This document shows positions 11,254 to 28,272 of a stretch of 64,000 nt of DNA, one piece after another (positions within the stretch are counted from its first letter, which is position 1; every line of letters begins with the position of its first letter). A program made the position numbers and the translations under genes. The notes under the pieces were generated by a model, which was not told where the DNA came from, made no database searches, and was given only the letters and a program-made list of their open reading frames with translations. This DNA comes from an uncultured Candidatus Saccharibacteria bacterium (GTDB taxonomy: Bacteria; Patescibacteriota; Minisyncoccia; UBA6257; JAKLIH01), in assembly GCA_964475745.1 (NCBI GenBank), contig CAYYXO010000002.1, positions 11,679 through 75,678 of the forward strand, written 5' to 3'.

Positions 11254-12750
11254 ATGAAAAATGTTTTATACCTAAGGCTGTTTAGATGTTTTGTAATATT
11301 TTTTATTTTTAGTCTGGTGTGACTAAATTTAAGTAATTTTTCTGTGAAGCTTTGGTTAATTTTGCTTTTATTTTTCTTAGTGATTTATTTTAAAAAAGAG
11401 TTGTTTTTATTAATCGGTTTTAATTTTAAAACTTTTGGGATAGTCTGTGCGATGGCGCTAATAAGCGCTGTTTTTGTTTACAGATTAAACTATCAAGCTG
11501 TACCAGAAGAAGCTTTAAAGGAAGCAAAAGATATTAAGATACTGATTATAAGAGATGGTGTTTTGATACAAGATTATAAAGTTGTTTTAGGGAAAATTAT
11601 TAATCAAGGTGAATTAGAAGGTCAATATGTTTTTATAAAATTTGATCTTTTAGAAGATTATAAGATAGGCCAAATTGTTTTACTTAAAACTGGTTTAAAA
11701 AAAATAACCAAAACATCTTTACCCTTTGACATGTTGTTTTCCGGAAGAGTTCTTTATCAGGTTGATTTTGAAGAAATGACTGTCTTGGGTCAAGAAAATC
11801 AATTTAATTTGTTTCAAAAAATAGCCAACTTAAGAGACAAGGTTGATCAAAAAATTAAACAAGTTTTTCATTTAAAAAATTATGAGCTGGTTTCGGCTTG
11901 ACTGCTAGGTAAAACAAAGGTTGTTGATTATGAATTAAATGATTTATTTAGAAGAGCTGGTATAAATCATATATTGGTTATTTCTGGAACCCATTTGTCT
12001 ATTTTATTCAATGTTTTTTTATTTTTGCTTATTTTGATGCCTTTTGGATTTGCTTGGTTAAATTTTGTGCTATTGATATTTTTTCTTTTAGTTTTTTTGC
12101 TTTTAACAGGCATGTCGGCCTCTATTTTAAGAGCTTCTATTATGTGGTTTTTAATTTTATTGGCAAAAACCAAAGGTCTAATTATAAATTATACAAATAT
12201 ATTGTTTTTATTGGTTTTAGTGGTGGCCTTGATAAATTCATGAGTGATTGTTTATGATGTTGGGTTCCATTTGAGCTTGCTGTCAATTGTTTCCTTGGTT
12301 TATATTTTCCCCATTATTCTATTTTATTTTGAAAAGGCAATGCTAATTAAAGGCAAGTTGGTTAAATATTTTGGTTTTGTTTTTTTAGCTTCATTGGCGA
12401 TATCAATCGGGCTTTTTCCTTATTTGGTTTTTGTTTTTAAAGAGTTTAATTTTTTGAGCATGTTTTTTAATGTATTACTAATGCCTTTAGCGGCTATAGC
12501 TTTAATCTTAGTATTTGTGACGCTATTAGTCTCTTTCTCATGGTTGTTTTTAGGGCAAATACTTGGCTTTTTTTCAGCTATAGCAATAGATCTTTTTATG
12601 TGGTGTTTGACGTTTCTGGGTGATTTTGGCTTGAGAGGCAATGTTTTAATGTTTAATTTAAACTATATGGTTTTGATTTATTATCTTGGCTTGTTTGTTT
12701 TGGTCGTTGATTTTTATAAAAAACATAAAAAATTAACTTTAAATTTATAA
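11254..12750 (+). CDS. comEC: ComEC/Rec2 competence membrane domain protein
   Basis: AGINHILVISGTHL, SILRA, GFHLS; multi-TM; 3 TGA. Confidence 0.88.
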
Positions 12751-12751
12751 T

Positions 12752-13606
12752 ATGATAGAAAAAGATTTTTTGAAAAAAGGCTTGGTTTTTATTTTGATAG
12801 TTTTGAATGTTTATGTTTGAAGCTTGGTGGCTAATTTTTTGTTTTTTAAAAGAAGCGTTAATTTTTTAGATGTTGGCCAAGGAGATAGTGCCTTGCTTGT
12901 TTTTAAATCTGGCAATATTCTAATAGATGCAGGGAAAAGAAATTATGTTTTAAAGCCATTAGCAAAAACATTGCCTTTTTTTGACAAGACAATTGACTTG
13001 GCTATAATTACTCATGCAGATACAGATCATTTCGAAGGACTTTATTTCATTTTAGATAATTATAATGTGCGACTGGTAATGATAAACGACTTTCATACAA
13101 AATCTGAAAGCTATAAAAAACTTTTAAATAAAATAGCAGAAAAAAACATTAAGGTGGTTTATGGTGTTTTTGGTGCAAAAGTTTTAGGGGAAGATTTTAA
13201 TATTGAAGTCTTGTTTCCACAAAAAGAAGAAATTGACATTAAAAAAACTAACGAAAATTCAATTGTAGCGAATGTTTTTGCTTTAAAAAATAACTTTTTA
13301 TTTACTGGCGATATAAATGATAAAATTTTAGAAAAAATTTTAAAAAGGAATGTGCACTTAGAAGTTGATTTTTTGAAATTGCCTCATCATGGTGCTAAAA
13401 ATTCTCTGAATAAAAAGATTTTAGAATACTTTAACTTTAAGAAAGTGATTGTTTCTGTTGGCAAAAATAGCTATGGCCATCCCAACAAAGAGATCATCGA
13501 AATGATAGATTTTTTTAATAGAGGGGTTTTGAGAACAGACGAATTAGGCACAATTAGATTTTCTGAGTCAAAAGAGGGCAAAAACAGTGTTTTTATTGGC
13601 AATTAG
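12752..13606 (+). CDS. ComEC-type metallo-beta-lactamase fold protein (separately encoded)
   Basis: FLDVGQGDS, THADTDH, FTGD, LPHHG, NSYGHP. Confidence 0.9.
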
Positions 13607-13674
13607 GCTATTTTGGCTATTGTATTTTTTCGTTTTTTTTGATAAAATATAAGTATAAAAATAATTATTGTTTT

Positions 13675-14754
<1,080 letters not shown>

Positions 14755-14774
14755 TAACTAATTAAAATTATTTT

Positions 14775-16844
14775 ATGCTTTATTCATATAATCTGTTACA
14801 AAGTTTTATAAAACAAAAATTGGTTAGCCCTAGCCAGCTAAATGATGCTTTTAATATTCATTTGGGCGATTCTTCTTATGAAAAAAATTCAACGGACTAT
14901 GTTTTTAATATAGAATTGACGCCAAATAGAATCGGCTCTTTGTCGGGGCATAGATTTTTGGCAGATGAAGTCTGTGCTATGTTTGATTTTGATTTAAATA
15001 AAAAAGAAACTTTTAAAATAAAAAAAGTTCCTCAAAGTAAGCAGTTTTTATTTAAATTAAAAAATGATGCAAAAAAATCTTGTACCTATTATTCTAGTTT
15101 GATATTAACAGATATAAAAATTAAAGAATCGCCAAGGTTTATTAAAGACGCTTTATCAAGCTGTGGTATTAAGTCAATAAACAATGTCGTTGATATCACT
15201 AATTATGTTATGCTGGAGCTAGGCCAGCCAATGCATGCTTTTGATTATGAAAAAGTTATTGGAAATAAAATAATAATTCGACATGCTTTTTTTGACGAAC
15301 AAATTGTTAGTTTGACGGGCGAGGTATATGATTTAAATAAAGATATTTTGGTGATTGCTGATACAAAAAGACCGATGGCTATTGCTGGAATTAAAGGAGG
15401 CTTAAATCATGAAGTAGATGATCAAACAAAAACTATCGCTCTAGAGAGTGCTAATTTTAATGCTAATGAAGTTTATCGATCATCAAAATCTTTAGGATTG
15501 ACAACAGATGCTTCAGTGAGGTTTAGCCATAACCCTTCTTTAAGCTTAGCAAAAGAAGCCATGATAAGGGCAGCTGAGTTGCTAGTTAAATATGCTAATG
15601 CAACTATTGCAAGCAATGTTTTGGAAACAAATGATTTTACTGACAAGGCTTTGATAGTTCCTTTTAATTTGGAAAAGGCAAATAAAATTATAGGAGAAGA
15701 AATTAAAGAAAAACAATATAAAAAAATATTAGAAAAATTAGGCTATAAAATTAAAAAAATATCACAAATATTATGAAATGTTTCAGTGCCAAGTTATCGC
15801 ACCAATGTTGTGGCATTAGAAGATGTGGTTGATGATATTGTGAGAATTTATGGCTTGAACAATGTTAAAGCTATCACTCCTAAGATAGAGCTAAGAGCAC
15901 CAAAAATCAATGAATTTTATTTATTTAAAAACCAAATAAAAGATTATATGGTCTCTATGGGTTTGTCAGAACTTTATAATTACAATTTTATTAGCGAAGC
16001 GGATAAGGAAGTTTTGCCTAAGCAAGTTAAAGAAAAAATCATCCCTCTTTTAAATGCTATGAGCAACAACTTGAAATATTTAAACCCAACATCTTTAATT
16101 TCATTAGTTAAAAATGTAAATACAAACTTGTCTTACTTTGAAAAAGAAAAGTTTTTTGAAATAAAGAAAAGTTTTTGACAGGAAAAAGATGTTATTTTCG
16201 AAAAACCTTTCTTAAGCTTTTGTTTGTTTGATTCAACTAAAAAGCAAAAGGAAGAAGATATGCTGTTAGAAGCAAAAGGAATGTTAGAAACTTTGTTTGA
16301 AAAAAGTGGCATTGATAGTTCCTCGTATTATTTTTCAGATAAATTAGAAAGAGATTTTCAGGAAAACAATCAATTTTTCAAAAAGATTTTATTTGTTTGT
16401 GACAAGAAAAATGAGAAAATTGGTTATTTTGGCATTCTTGATGATGAAATAAAGTTAAAATATAAAATAAAAAATGATCAAAAAAATGTTTTAGCGGTGT
16501 TATCCGAACTAGATTTAGAAAAATTATTCTACATGGCAAGAAGTGCTATTGACTTTAGACCACTACCAAAATATCCAGCGTCAATAAAAGACATCTCTGT
16601 TTTAGTTGATAAAAAAGTTCTAATTAATGATGTCATGATGAATATGTTTTCCATTGGCATAGATCAACTAAAAGATGTCGATGTTTTTGATATTTATGAT
16701 AAAGGAGAAAATGATGCTAAAAAAAGTTTGTCTTTTCATTTGATTTTTAGAAGTGATGAAAAAACATTGACTAGCTGCGAGATAGACCTATACGTAGAAA
16801 AAATAAAAAAACACTTAATAAAACAAGGTTATATTATAAGATAA
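14775..16844 (+). CDS. pheT: phenylalanine-tRNA ligase beta
   Basis: INNVVDITNYVMLELGQPMHAFD, C-terminal FDX-ACB (PKYP..KDIS, FDIY); 2 TGA. Confidence 0.95.
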
Positions 16845-16853
16845 GTTTTTAAT

Positions 16854-18995
16854 ATGAAAATAAAAATAAATAAGGTTTCTAGCAAGGTAGATAAAAAAGA
16901 AGAAAAAGCTATAAAAACTAATTTAACTAAAAAAGAAGGAAAGCCAAAAAAAGAAGTGGTTTTAAAAAATGAGGAAGCTAAAGACAATGGCTATACAGCT
17001 GAAAGTATTCATGTGCTTGAAGGCTTAGACCCGGTAAGAAGAAGGCCAGGCATGTATATTGGTTCAACTGGTATTTCTGGTTTGCACCATTTGGTTTGAG
17101 AAGTTTTTGACAATGCCATTGATGAAGCTTTGGGTGGTTTTTGTGATAATATAAAAATTGAATTATTAGAAAATAATCGCGTTAGTATTTTTGATAATGG
17201 TAGAGGTATTCCAGTTGATGTTCATAAACAAACAAAAAAATCCGCTTTAGAAACTGTTTTGACGGTTTTGCATGCTGGTGGTAAATTTGGTGGAGGATCT
17301 TATAAAATTTCTGGCGGTTTGCACGGTGTGGGTGTGTCAGTGGTAAATGCTTTGTCTAGCTACTTAAAAGCAGAAGTATACCGAGAAGGTTTTATTTATT
17401 GCCAAGAATATAGCTGTGGCAAGCCGTTAACAGAGGTCAAAAAGACTCAAACAAAAGAAAAAATAATGCATGGCACTCGGATTACTTTTGAGCCAGATGC
17501 AACCATTATGCAAGAAATAAATGTAGATTGAAAAACCATTTTAGATCATGTTAGGGAGCAAGCTTATTTGGTTAGAAAAATAAAAATAGATATTTCGGAT
17601 AAAAGAGACCCTGAAAATCAAAATGACTATGTTTTTTATTTTGAAAATGGTATTGTTGCCTTTCTAAGTTATTTGATAAAAGACCACAATACAAGGTCAA
17701 TACAGAAAAATATCTTTTTTACTGAAGAGACTTCCAATGAAATAGAAGTTGAGATTGCTTTGAGCTATACCACAGAGATTGAAACTTCCGAGTTTGCTTT
17801 TGCCAATAATATTCATACTCCAGAAGGAGGCATGCATTTAACCGGCTTTAGAGCCGCCTTAACAAGAGTTTTAAATGATTATTTAAAAAAGAACTATCCA
17901 AAAGAAAATTTATCACTAACAGGAGAAGATGTAAGGGAAGGCTTGATGGCAATTATTGCTGTAAAATTAAAAGAGCCTCAGTTTGAAGGTCAAACAAAGT
18001 CAAAACTTGGCAATCCAGAAGCAAGAGCTGCTGTTGAGCAAGTTATGTCAAAAGCATTTAGAGATTATTTAGAAAAGAACCCAGATGATGTAAAAAGAAT
18101 TTTAGAAAAATGTTTAGTTTCAGCTAAGGCAAGATCTGCTGCAAAGCTAGCAAGAGAAAATGTTTTGAGGAAAAGTGTTATGGAAAACACCACTTTGCCA
18201 GGAAAATTAGCTGATTGTATTAGTCGTAAAGCAGAAAATTCTGAATTGTTCATTGTTGAGGGCGATAGCGCTGGCGGCTCGGCCAAACAAGGAAGAGACC
18301 GTCATACTCAAGCCATTTTGCCTTTGCGAGGAAAAATTTTAAATGTTGAAAAGGCTAGATTAGATAGAATGATGACTTCAGAAGAAATTAAAGCGGTTAT
18401 TTTAGCTTTGGGAACTTCAATTGCAGAAGATTTTAATTTGAGCAAATTGCGTTATCATAAAGTTGTTTTGATGACTGATGCTGATGTAGACGGTGCTCAT
18501 ATTAGAACATTGCTTTTAACATTGTTTTATAGATATTTCTTAGGAGTAGTAGAAGGTGGATTCTTGTATGTTGCTCAGCCACCTTTGTATCGTATTCAAA
18601 GAGGTAAAGATTTCAGATATGCTTATACTGAAGGAGAGAAAGAAAAAATGATAGATGAGCTATTAAAGATAAAAGAGGCTAAAAAAGAAGCAGGAGCTAA
18701 AAAAGAAGAAAAAAATGAAGAAGAATCTCCAGAAGAAGTAGCAGAAGAAGTTTCAGACGAAATGAAAAAATACAAGGGATTAATAATCCAAAGATATAAA
18801 GGTTTGGGAGAAATGAACCCAGAGCAATTATGAGAAACAACTATGGATCCTAAAACAAGAATATTAAAAAAGATTACTATTGATGATGCTAAAGAAGCAG
18901 ACCGTTTATTTGACATTTTGATGGGAGAGGAAAGAATGCCTCGTAAAAAGTTTATCCAAGTGCATGCTAAAAAAGTTAAAAACTTAGATGTATAA
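16854..18995 (+). CDS. gyrB: DNA gyrase subunit B
   Basis: HHLV(W)[33 protein letters not shown](W)ETTM. Confidence 0.97.
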
Positions 18996-19007
18996 TAAAA
19001 TTGTTTT

Positions 19008-19292
19008 ATGATAGATAAAAAAGGAACAGAACATTTATTAGAGCTTTCTAGATTAGAAATATCAGAAAGCGAAAAAAAAGATCTTCAAAATGACTTGAAG
19101 TTGATTTTAGAATATATCGACCAGCTTGAAGAGGTTGATGTTACTGGAGTTGAGCCAATGACAGGAGGCACTTTTAACATTAATGAATACAGAAAAGAAG
19201 ATTTCAAAGAAAATGATTTCGAAAAAGATCCTTTACTTTCATCAGCACCAAAACAAAGCGATGATTATTTTGAGATAAAAAATATTTTTTAA
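19008..19292 (+). CDS. gatC: amidotransferase subunit C
   Basis: ILEYIDQLEEVDVTGVEP; precedes gatA. Confidence 0.92.
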   Translation: MIDKKGTEHLLELSRLEISESEKKDLQNDLKLILEYIDQLEEVDVTGVEPMTGGTFNINEYRKEDFKENDFEKDPLLSSAPKQSDDYFEIKNIF

Positions 19293-19300
19293 TAAAAACT

Positions 19301-20725
19301 ATGATAGAAGAAATACAATTAAAAATAAAAGATGGTAGCTTAACTGTTGAAAATCATATCAACCATTATTTGTCTAAAATAAAAGAGCAAAATAAAGAAA
19401 TAAATTCTTTTTTGGAAGTTTTTAGCGATTTTTCAGGAGATATAAATGCAAGTGAAATAAACATAAAAAATGCTAAGGCAAGAAAACTAGATGCCGTAGC
19501 TATTGCTATAAAGGATAATATTTTGATAAAAGGCAAGAAAGCAACCGCGGGCTCTTTAATGCTAAAAGATTATCAAGCAACTTATGATGCCACTATAATA
19601 AAAAAGATAAAAGAAGAGGGTGGTATTGTTATAGGCAAGACAAATTTAGATGAGTTTGCGATGGGGTCTTCAAATGAAACTTCTGCCTTTGGAGTAGTAA
19701 AAAATCCAAGAGATTTGTCAAAAGTTCCAGGAGGTTCTTCAGGTGGATCAGCTGCTGCTGTATCAGCTGGTATGTCAGATGTTGCTTTAGGATCTGATAC
19801 AGCTGGTTCTATAAGGCAGCCTGCTAGCTTTTGTGGCGTGGTTGGCTTTAAACCAAGCTATGGAGCAGTTTCAAGATTTGGTTTAATAGCTATGTGTTCA
19901 TCTTTGGATGTTATTGGTCCAATTGCTAAAAATGTTTCTGATTGTGAAAAAGTTTTTGAAGTAATTTCTGGTAAAGACCAATATGATCACACAACCATAG
20001 AAGTAGAAGCTTACGAAAAAGAATGACAAGAAGAAGATTTAAAAGGATTGACCATTGGAGTGCCTAATGAATATTTTGTAGCAGGAATTGAAGAAGAGGT
20101 GGAGTTAAAAGTTAAAGAGCTAGTTATGAAATTGCAGTCATTAGGAGCAAAGATAAAAAATATTTCTTTACCACATACAAAATATGCGTTGCCTTGTTAT
20201 TATATTATTATGCCTGCTGAGGTTAGTTCTAATTTAGCTAGATATGATAATATAAGATACGGCACAAAAATAAAAGACTTAGAATCTCTAAAAATTAATA
20301 ATTTGAAAGAATTATATTTTAAGACAAGGGGGGTAAACTTAGGAAGAGAAGTAAAACGAAGGATTTTATTAGGAGCTTATGTTTTGTCAAAAGGGTATTA
20401 TGATGATTATTATCTAAAAGCTCAGAAAGTAAGAGCTTTGATAAAACAGGATTTTGATAAAGCTTTTTCTGAAGTTGATTTAATTATTACCCCCACAAGC
20501 CCAAAGGTTGCTTTTGGTTTTGGTGAAAAAAATAAAGATCCAATTTCAATGTATCTATCAGATATCTTTACTGTACCAATGAATTTGGCAGGTATTCCAG
20601 CTATTAGTTTGCCATTAAAAGAAAATAAAAATAATTTACCTATTGGCGTTCAATTGGTGGCCAATTTTAAACAAGACAAAAAACTTTTAAAGATTTCTAA
20701 ATTAATAGAAAAAATAATAAACTAA
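19301..20725 (+). CDS. gatA: amidotransferase subunit A
   Basis: GKTNLDEFAMGSS, PGGSSGGS, GSDTAGSIRQPA. Confidence 0.96.
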
Positions 20726-20726
20726 T

Positions 20727-21296
20727 ATGCCGGAAAATATTTTTGAGAACCTACTATCTTTTGCAGATTTACAAGAAGCAGCTAGAGAAGTTGTTCCTCT
20801 GCTTTTAAATGACTGAACTTTAGATTTGTTGTTTTACCTTCGAATTGCTGGGTTTGTTTTAGCAGTCATTTTTTTACTAGCAGCCTTGCTTTTTTACTTT
20901 AAAGTAAAAAAATTAAGAAAGCCAAAACCAGCTAAAATAGGGCTTAGCTCTCTTGATAAAGACTCGCTTTTAAACGAAAAAAATCTAAAAACTATTGAGA
21001 AAAAAATAGCAGATTATATTGCTTTTGATAATATTCTATATTGAAAGCTTGCTTTAGCAGAAGCAGATAGTTTGTTGGGTAAAGTTTTGGCAGAAATTGG
21101 TTTTAAGGGAAGTGATATCTATGAGAAATTGTGTAATGCCAAAAATCATATTGATATCGATTTAGAAGTGCTCAAAGATGCCCATATAAAAGTTTCGGAT
21201 ATCTTAGATGACAACAACTATCTTTTAACAAGAGGAGAGACGGAGCAATTAATAGCGATATATCATAAGGCAATTGAAGATTTGAAGAAACTATAA
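20727..21296 (+). CDS. hypothetical membrane protein
   Basis: single frame with 2 TGA; one TM; (W)KLALAEADSLL. Confidence 0.75.
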
Positions 21297-21299
21297 CAG

Positions 21300-21328
21300 T
21301 TGACAAGCATAACTTTTTATGCTATAAT
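21300..21328 (+). promoter_or_regulatory. consensus sigma70 promoter of orphan cassette
   Basis: TTGACA-17nt-TATAAT. Confidence 0.75.
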
Positions 21329-21475
21329 ACGAGTAGATATAAAACCTATTATTCTGATAGGTTTTTTTGTTTTGAACCTTAAAAAATTTTTATCTGCCTT
21401 TGTTGGCAGTCAAAATATATATATGTTTATGTTTATTTTTTGTTTTTAATTTTAGAAAATAAAAAGGAGAAAAAA

Positions 21476-21925
21476 ATGTTTAAAAGTTTTTTGTTGGTCA
21501 TACTTGTTGCCTTGTTTTCCGTTTTTTCTTTGAAAGTTGAAAATACGATGGCGTATGAGATATTGCATCCTCAGGCCGTATCTCTGGACTCACCTAGAAT
21601 TAGTGCAAGTTTTAGGGTGGGTTATCAGCATGAGCATTTTTTTGTTTTTGATAACATTGCGCCTTTCGGAACTTACTTCAAAGTTGAAAAGTGTAAAGTT
21701 GATGGTGGTCTAGAGAATGCTACCGTGGAGATTTACAGAGTTCCTGATGGCAAGACAGCCGCAGAAGTTTTACCCACCTTTTCAAATGGTGGGGCAGAAC
21801 TTATAATGGTTATGCCAGAAGATGGGTACGATCTTTTGGCCAAAGGACAATATATAATTAAATTAATTGGGCCAAAATGTATGGCTCGAGTTAATTTAAT
21901 TTGGAACCCCAGGAGGGTTCCGTAG
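21476..21925 (+). CDS. hypothetical secreted protein (SD-led orphan)
   Basis: AAGGAG before ATG 21476; N-terminal signal-like segment; no TGA. Confidence 0.75.
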   Translation: MFKSFLLVILVALFSVFSLKVENTMAYEILHPQAVSLDSPRISASFRVGYQHEHFFVFDNIAPFGTYFKVEKCKVDGGLENATVEIYRVPDGKTAAEVLPTFSNGGAELIMVMPEDGYDLLAKGQYIIKLIGPKCMARVNLIWNPRRVP

Positions 21926-21937
21926 GGGGAAGGTAAT

Positions 21938-22129
21938 ATGAAAAATAAAGTCGAAATGGCCTCAAATATGGCGGCAACGCTCTTGTCGCTATATTTAGCA
22001 GTAATTTTTTTTCAAGGTATTGTTGTTGTGCAAAGAATTGAGATCACTTGGTTCTTTGCTTTTGTAGCAGGGATATTTTTTGGGAGAGCGTTAGCACTTT
22101 GTTTCAAAAAGGAGAAAAATAAAAAATAA
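21938..22129 (+). CDS. small 2-TM hypothetical protein
   Basis: GGAAGGT before ATG; two hydrophobic segments; followed by terminator. Confidence 0.65.
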   Translation: MKNKVEMASNMAATLLSLYLAVIFFQGIVVVQRIEITWFFAFVAGIFFGRALALCFKKEKNKK

Positions 22130-22139
22130 ATAAAAATAC

Positions 22140-22178
22140 AAAGGAGGTGTAGCCTAGATGGAGGCCGCCTCCTTTTTT
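22140..22178 (+). terminator. terminator of orphan cassette
   Basis: AAAGGAGGTG...CGCCTCCTTT hairpin plus T-tract. Confidence 0.65.
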
Positions 22179-22249
22179 GTTATTTTAAGAGGGTTTAAGG
22201 GCTTTGTTTATAGCCTTGTTTTATCCACTATTTTTACACATTTAGGGGC

Positions 22250-22277
22250 TTGACTTTTGATTTAAATATGCTATAAT
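22250..22277 (+). promoter_or_regulatory. 23S-5S rRNA promoter
   Basis: TTGACT-16nt-TATAAT; boxA-like GATCTTTGAAAA at 22432. Confidence 0.65.
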
Positions 22278-22521
22278 ATAAAACAGTTAACTAATATTAA
22301 AAGTTCATATTCTTATGAATAAAAGAGATTCAAAAAACAGTTTAAAATTCAGGTGGTAAAAACACAGAGTTTTTCTTTGTGATTATACCGCTTGTCAAAA
22401 GCGGTTTTTTAATTCTCTAATAGTATTGGTTGATCTTTGAAAAAAGAATAAGGGTAAAATGTATTTTCATTGGAAAATTAAATAAAAAACTTAATTGAAG
22501 TTTCTTCAATGCTTTAATTAA

Positions 22522-25582
<3,061 letters not shown>

Positions 25583-25637
25583 TATTAAAGTATTAAAGTA
25601 TATATTTTATTCCTTATTCTTTTCAAAAAATTAAATT

Positions 25638-25746
25638 GGGCTGGTGATTAATTGTGATATGTCCCACTCGTTTCCATTTCGAACACGATAGTGAAAGTAT
25701 CATGACTCGATAATACTCGCAAGGGGAAAGTAGAGTTTGCCAGCCC
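25638..25746 (+). rRNA. rrf: 5S rRNA (short, about 109 nt)
   Basis: GGGCTGGT...GCCAGCCC terminal helix, CCATTTCGAACAC loop C; follows 23S. Confidence 0.9.
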
Positions 25747-25752
25747 TTATAT

Positions 25753-25790
25753 GTCGGCGGTCTTGGTTTTACCAAGACCGCCGGCTTTTT
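25753..25790 (+). terminator. rRNA unit terminator
   Basis: GTCGGCGGTCTTGGT-TTT-ACCAAGACCGCCGGC plus T-tract. Confidence 0.85.
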
Positions 25791-25860
25791 AATTAAAAAA
25801 CTTTTGCTTGTATTTTATTAAAAAATTTAGTATAATGTTTTTTAGTTAAGAAAAAATATT

Positions 25861-27177
25861 ATGTCAAAAAGATTTTTTAAACAAATAGTTGCTTCGTTTT
25901 TATCTTTGCTAGTTTTAGTTATAGTAGGATTTGGTTTTTCAAGATTATTTAAATCCAAGCCAGTTGTTTTTGATCCAAGAAAAGCAGAGATAGCTTCTTT
26001 AAATACTTTCCAATTTGAAAGTAACGCTTTTTGAATGACTCAAGGAGATCGTTATTTTGTTTATAGCCGAGTAACAAATCCAAATGATAATTGAGGAGCA
26101 AAGAGTTTTGACTTTGTTTTTGATTTTGTTCAGAGACAAGAAGAGCTAGAAAGATCCGTTAGAAAGATTTCTGGTAGAGACTATATTTTACCAAGACAGA
26201 CAAAATATATTTTAGCCTTTGTTGAAACTGCCAATCTTTCTTTTGACAGCATAAATTTTCAAGTCAATGACAGAAATGTTGACTGAGACAAACCTATGAG
26301 TGAAGAATTTTTAAACCCAAATTTATTTAGTATAACCAACATAAATCTAGCAACAGGTACAGGTCAAATTATTGCTCCAAGAGAACAAGAAAGCACTTTG
26401 TTTTATGAATTTAAAAAAGATTTAAAAATGGGAGACAAGAACGAAGATGTTTTTAATTTGCAATCTGTTTTAGCTCAAGATAGAGAAGTTTATCCAGAAG
26501 GGCAGATTCATGGAAGTTTTGATTTAGCAACTTACAAGGCAGTCATTAGATTTCAACATAAAAATGGCATCCATCCCCAAACAGGCATAGTGGATTATAA
26601 AACCAGAGAGATTTTAAACCAAATGTTTGGTGGGTCAAGAAGCGAAGCAATCCAAAGAGGCGGCTTTTCCTTTGATAGCAATTTACAATTTGGAGATGCT
26701 GGCTCTGAAGTAAGAGAATTACAAAGAGTTTTAGCACAAGATCCAACAGTTTATCCAGAAGCAAGAATTACCGGCAATTTTGACTATTTATTAAAGCGAG
26801 CTTTAGAGCGTTTTCAAGAAAAACATTCTTTGCGAATAACAGGCGAATTTGACACACCAACAAGAACAAAATTAAATTCAATTTTAACTTCTCAAGATGG
26901 TGCAGCTGAAATAGCTCCTGGCTTGACGGCAGAATTATCCTTTACAGTTTTTAATAATTCCAATACATCTTTTAGAGAAGTTGCTTTGGTTGGCTTTTTA
27001 TGTGATACTCAAAATAAAGTAGTTGCTGTTTCAAGAAATACTATTCAATTAATGTCTCAAAGGAACCAAAATGTTTCTTTTTCTTGAGTTCATAATCTAG
27101 GCGAAAATGTAAAAGTTTGTCCAAATGGGTTGCAAGCCTATACAAATGTTTTCGATGTCAATAATATTATAAGATAA
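25861..27177 (+). CDS. membrane-anchored protein with two peptidoglycan-binding (PG_binding_1-like) domains
   Basis: N-terminal TM; repeats LKMGD..DVFNLQSVL..AVIRFQ and LQFGD..EVRELQRVL..ALERFQ; 4 TGA. Confidence 0.8.
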
Positions 27178-27178
27178 A

Positions 27179-28270
27179 ATGATGGTTTATTTAGTTAAGA
27201 ATTGAAAAATATTTGTAAGTGTTTTTTTGTTGACAACATTAAGTTTGCTTATTTTAGCAAGTTTAAGCATGAATCCAGTTGATAATTTAGATGCCTTTTA
27301 TAGGCAGCTAGTTTTTTTTGTGATAGCAACAGTTTTTCTAATATTTTTTGCAAAATTTGATTATAATTTGCTTAAAAATCATTCTTTTTTTATCCTAGGA
27401 AATTATTTTTTATGAAATTTTTCTTTGATATTGTTGTTAGTTTTATCTCCAGTTACAAGAGGTACTAATCGTTGGTTTGATCTAGGTTTTTTCAGTTTAC
27501 AGCCAGTTGAGTTTGTAAAATTAGCTTTGATTTTAGTACTAGTGAAGTTTTTATATCGACGCAATTTAGAAATTTGAAATTTAAAAAATATTATAATCAG
27601 TGGAATATTTTTAGGCATACCTTCGGTTTTGGTTTTGCTGCAACCAGACTTGGGCCCAGTAGTGGCAATGTTTTTAATTTGATTAATTTTACTTTTGGTT
27701 TGTGGGCTGAGGTTCAAGCATTTATTAATTATGATAGTGTCGGTTTCGTTGGTGGCTATAGTTGGTTTTAATTTTATACTTCACGATTATCAAAAAAATC
27801 GTTTAATTTCTTTTTTAAATCCAAACTTAGATCCCATGGGCTTAAATTATAATCAACTTCAGTCAATGATAACCATAGGGAGTGGTCGTTTTTGAGGCAA
27901 AGGTTTGGGTTGAGGAACTCAAACTCAATTACAATATTTGCCAGAAACAAAAACAGATTTTATTTTTGCTGCCATTTCAGAAGAACTGGGGTTTTTAGGT
28001 GGCACCATTATTTTAGGAAGTTTTTTGTTAATGTTTAGTTATTTTGCAGATGCTTTAACTATAGCAAAAAATAATTTTAGCAAGCTTATTATCATTGGTT
28101 TTGGAGTGAAAATATTTTTAGAAACAGTTATAAATATAGGCGTAAATGTTGGGTTTTTGCCTGTTGTGGGCACAGCATTGCCTTTTATAAGTGCTGGAGG
28201 ATCTCATTTAATTGTAGATTTTATTATGGTCGGTATAATTTTAAATATTGTTAATGGACGTAATTACTAA
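27179..28270 (+). CDS. rodA: SEDS protein RodA/FtsW
   Basis: RWFDLGFFSLQPVEFVK, LQPDLG, GSGRF(W)GKG, LPETKTDFIFA, PFISAGGS. Confidence 0.9.
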
Positions 28271-28272
28271 TT

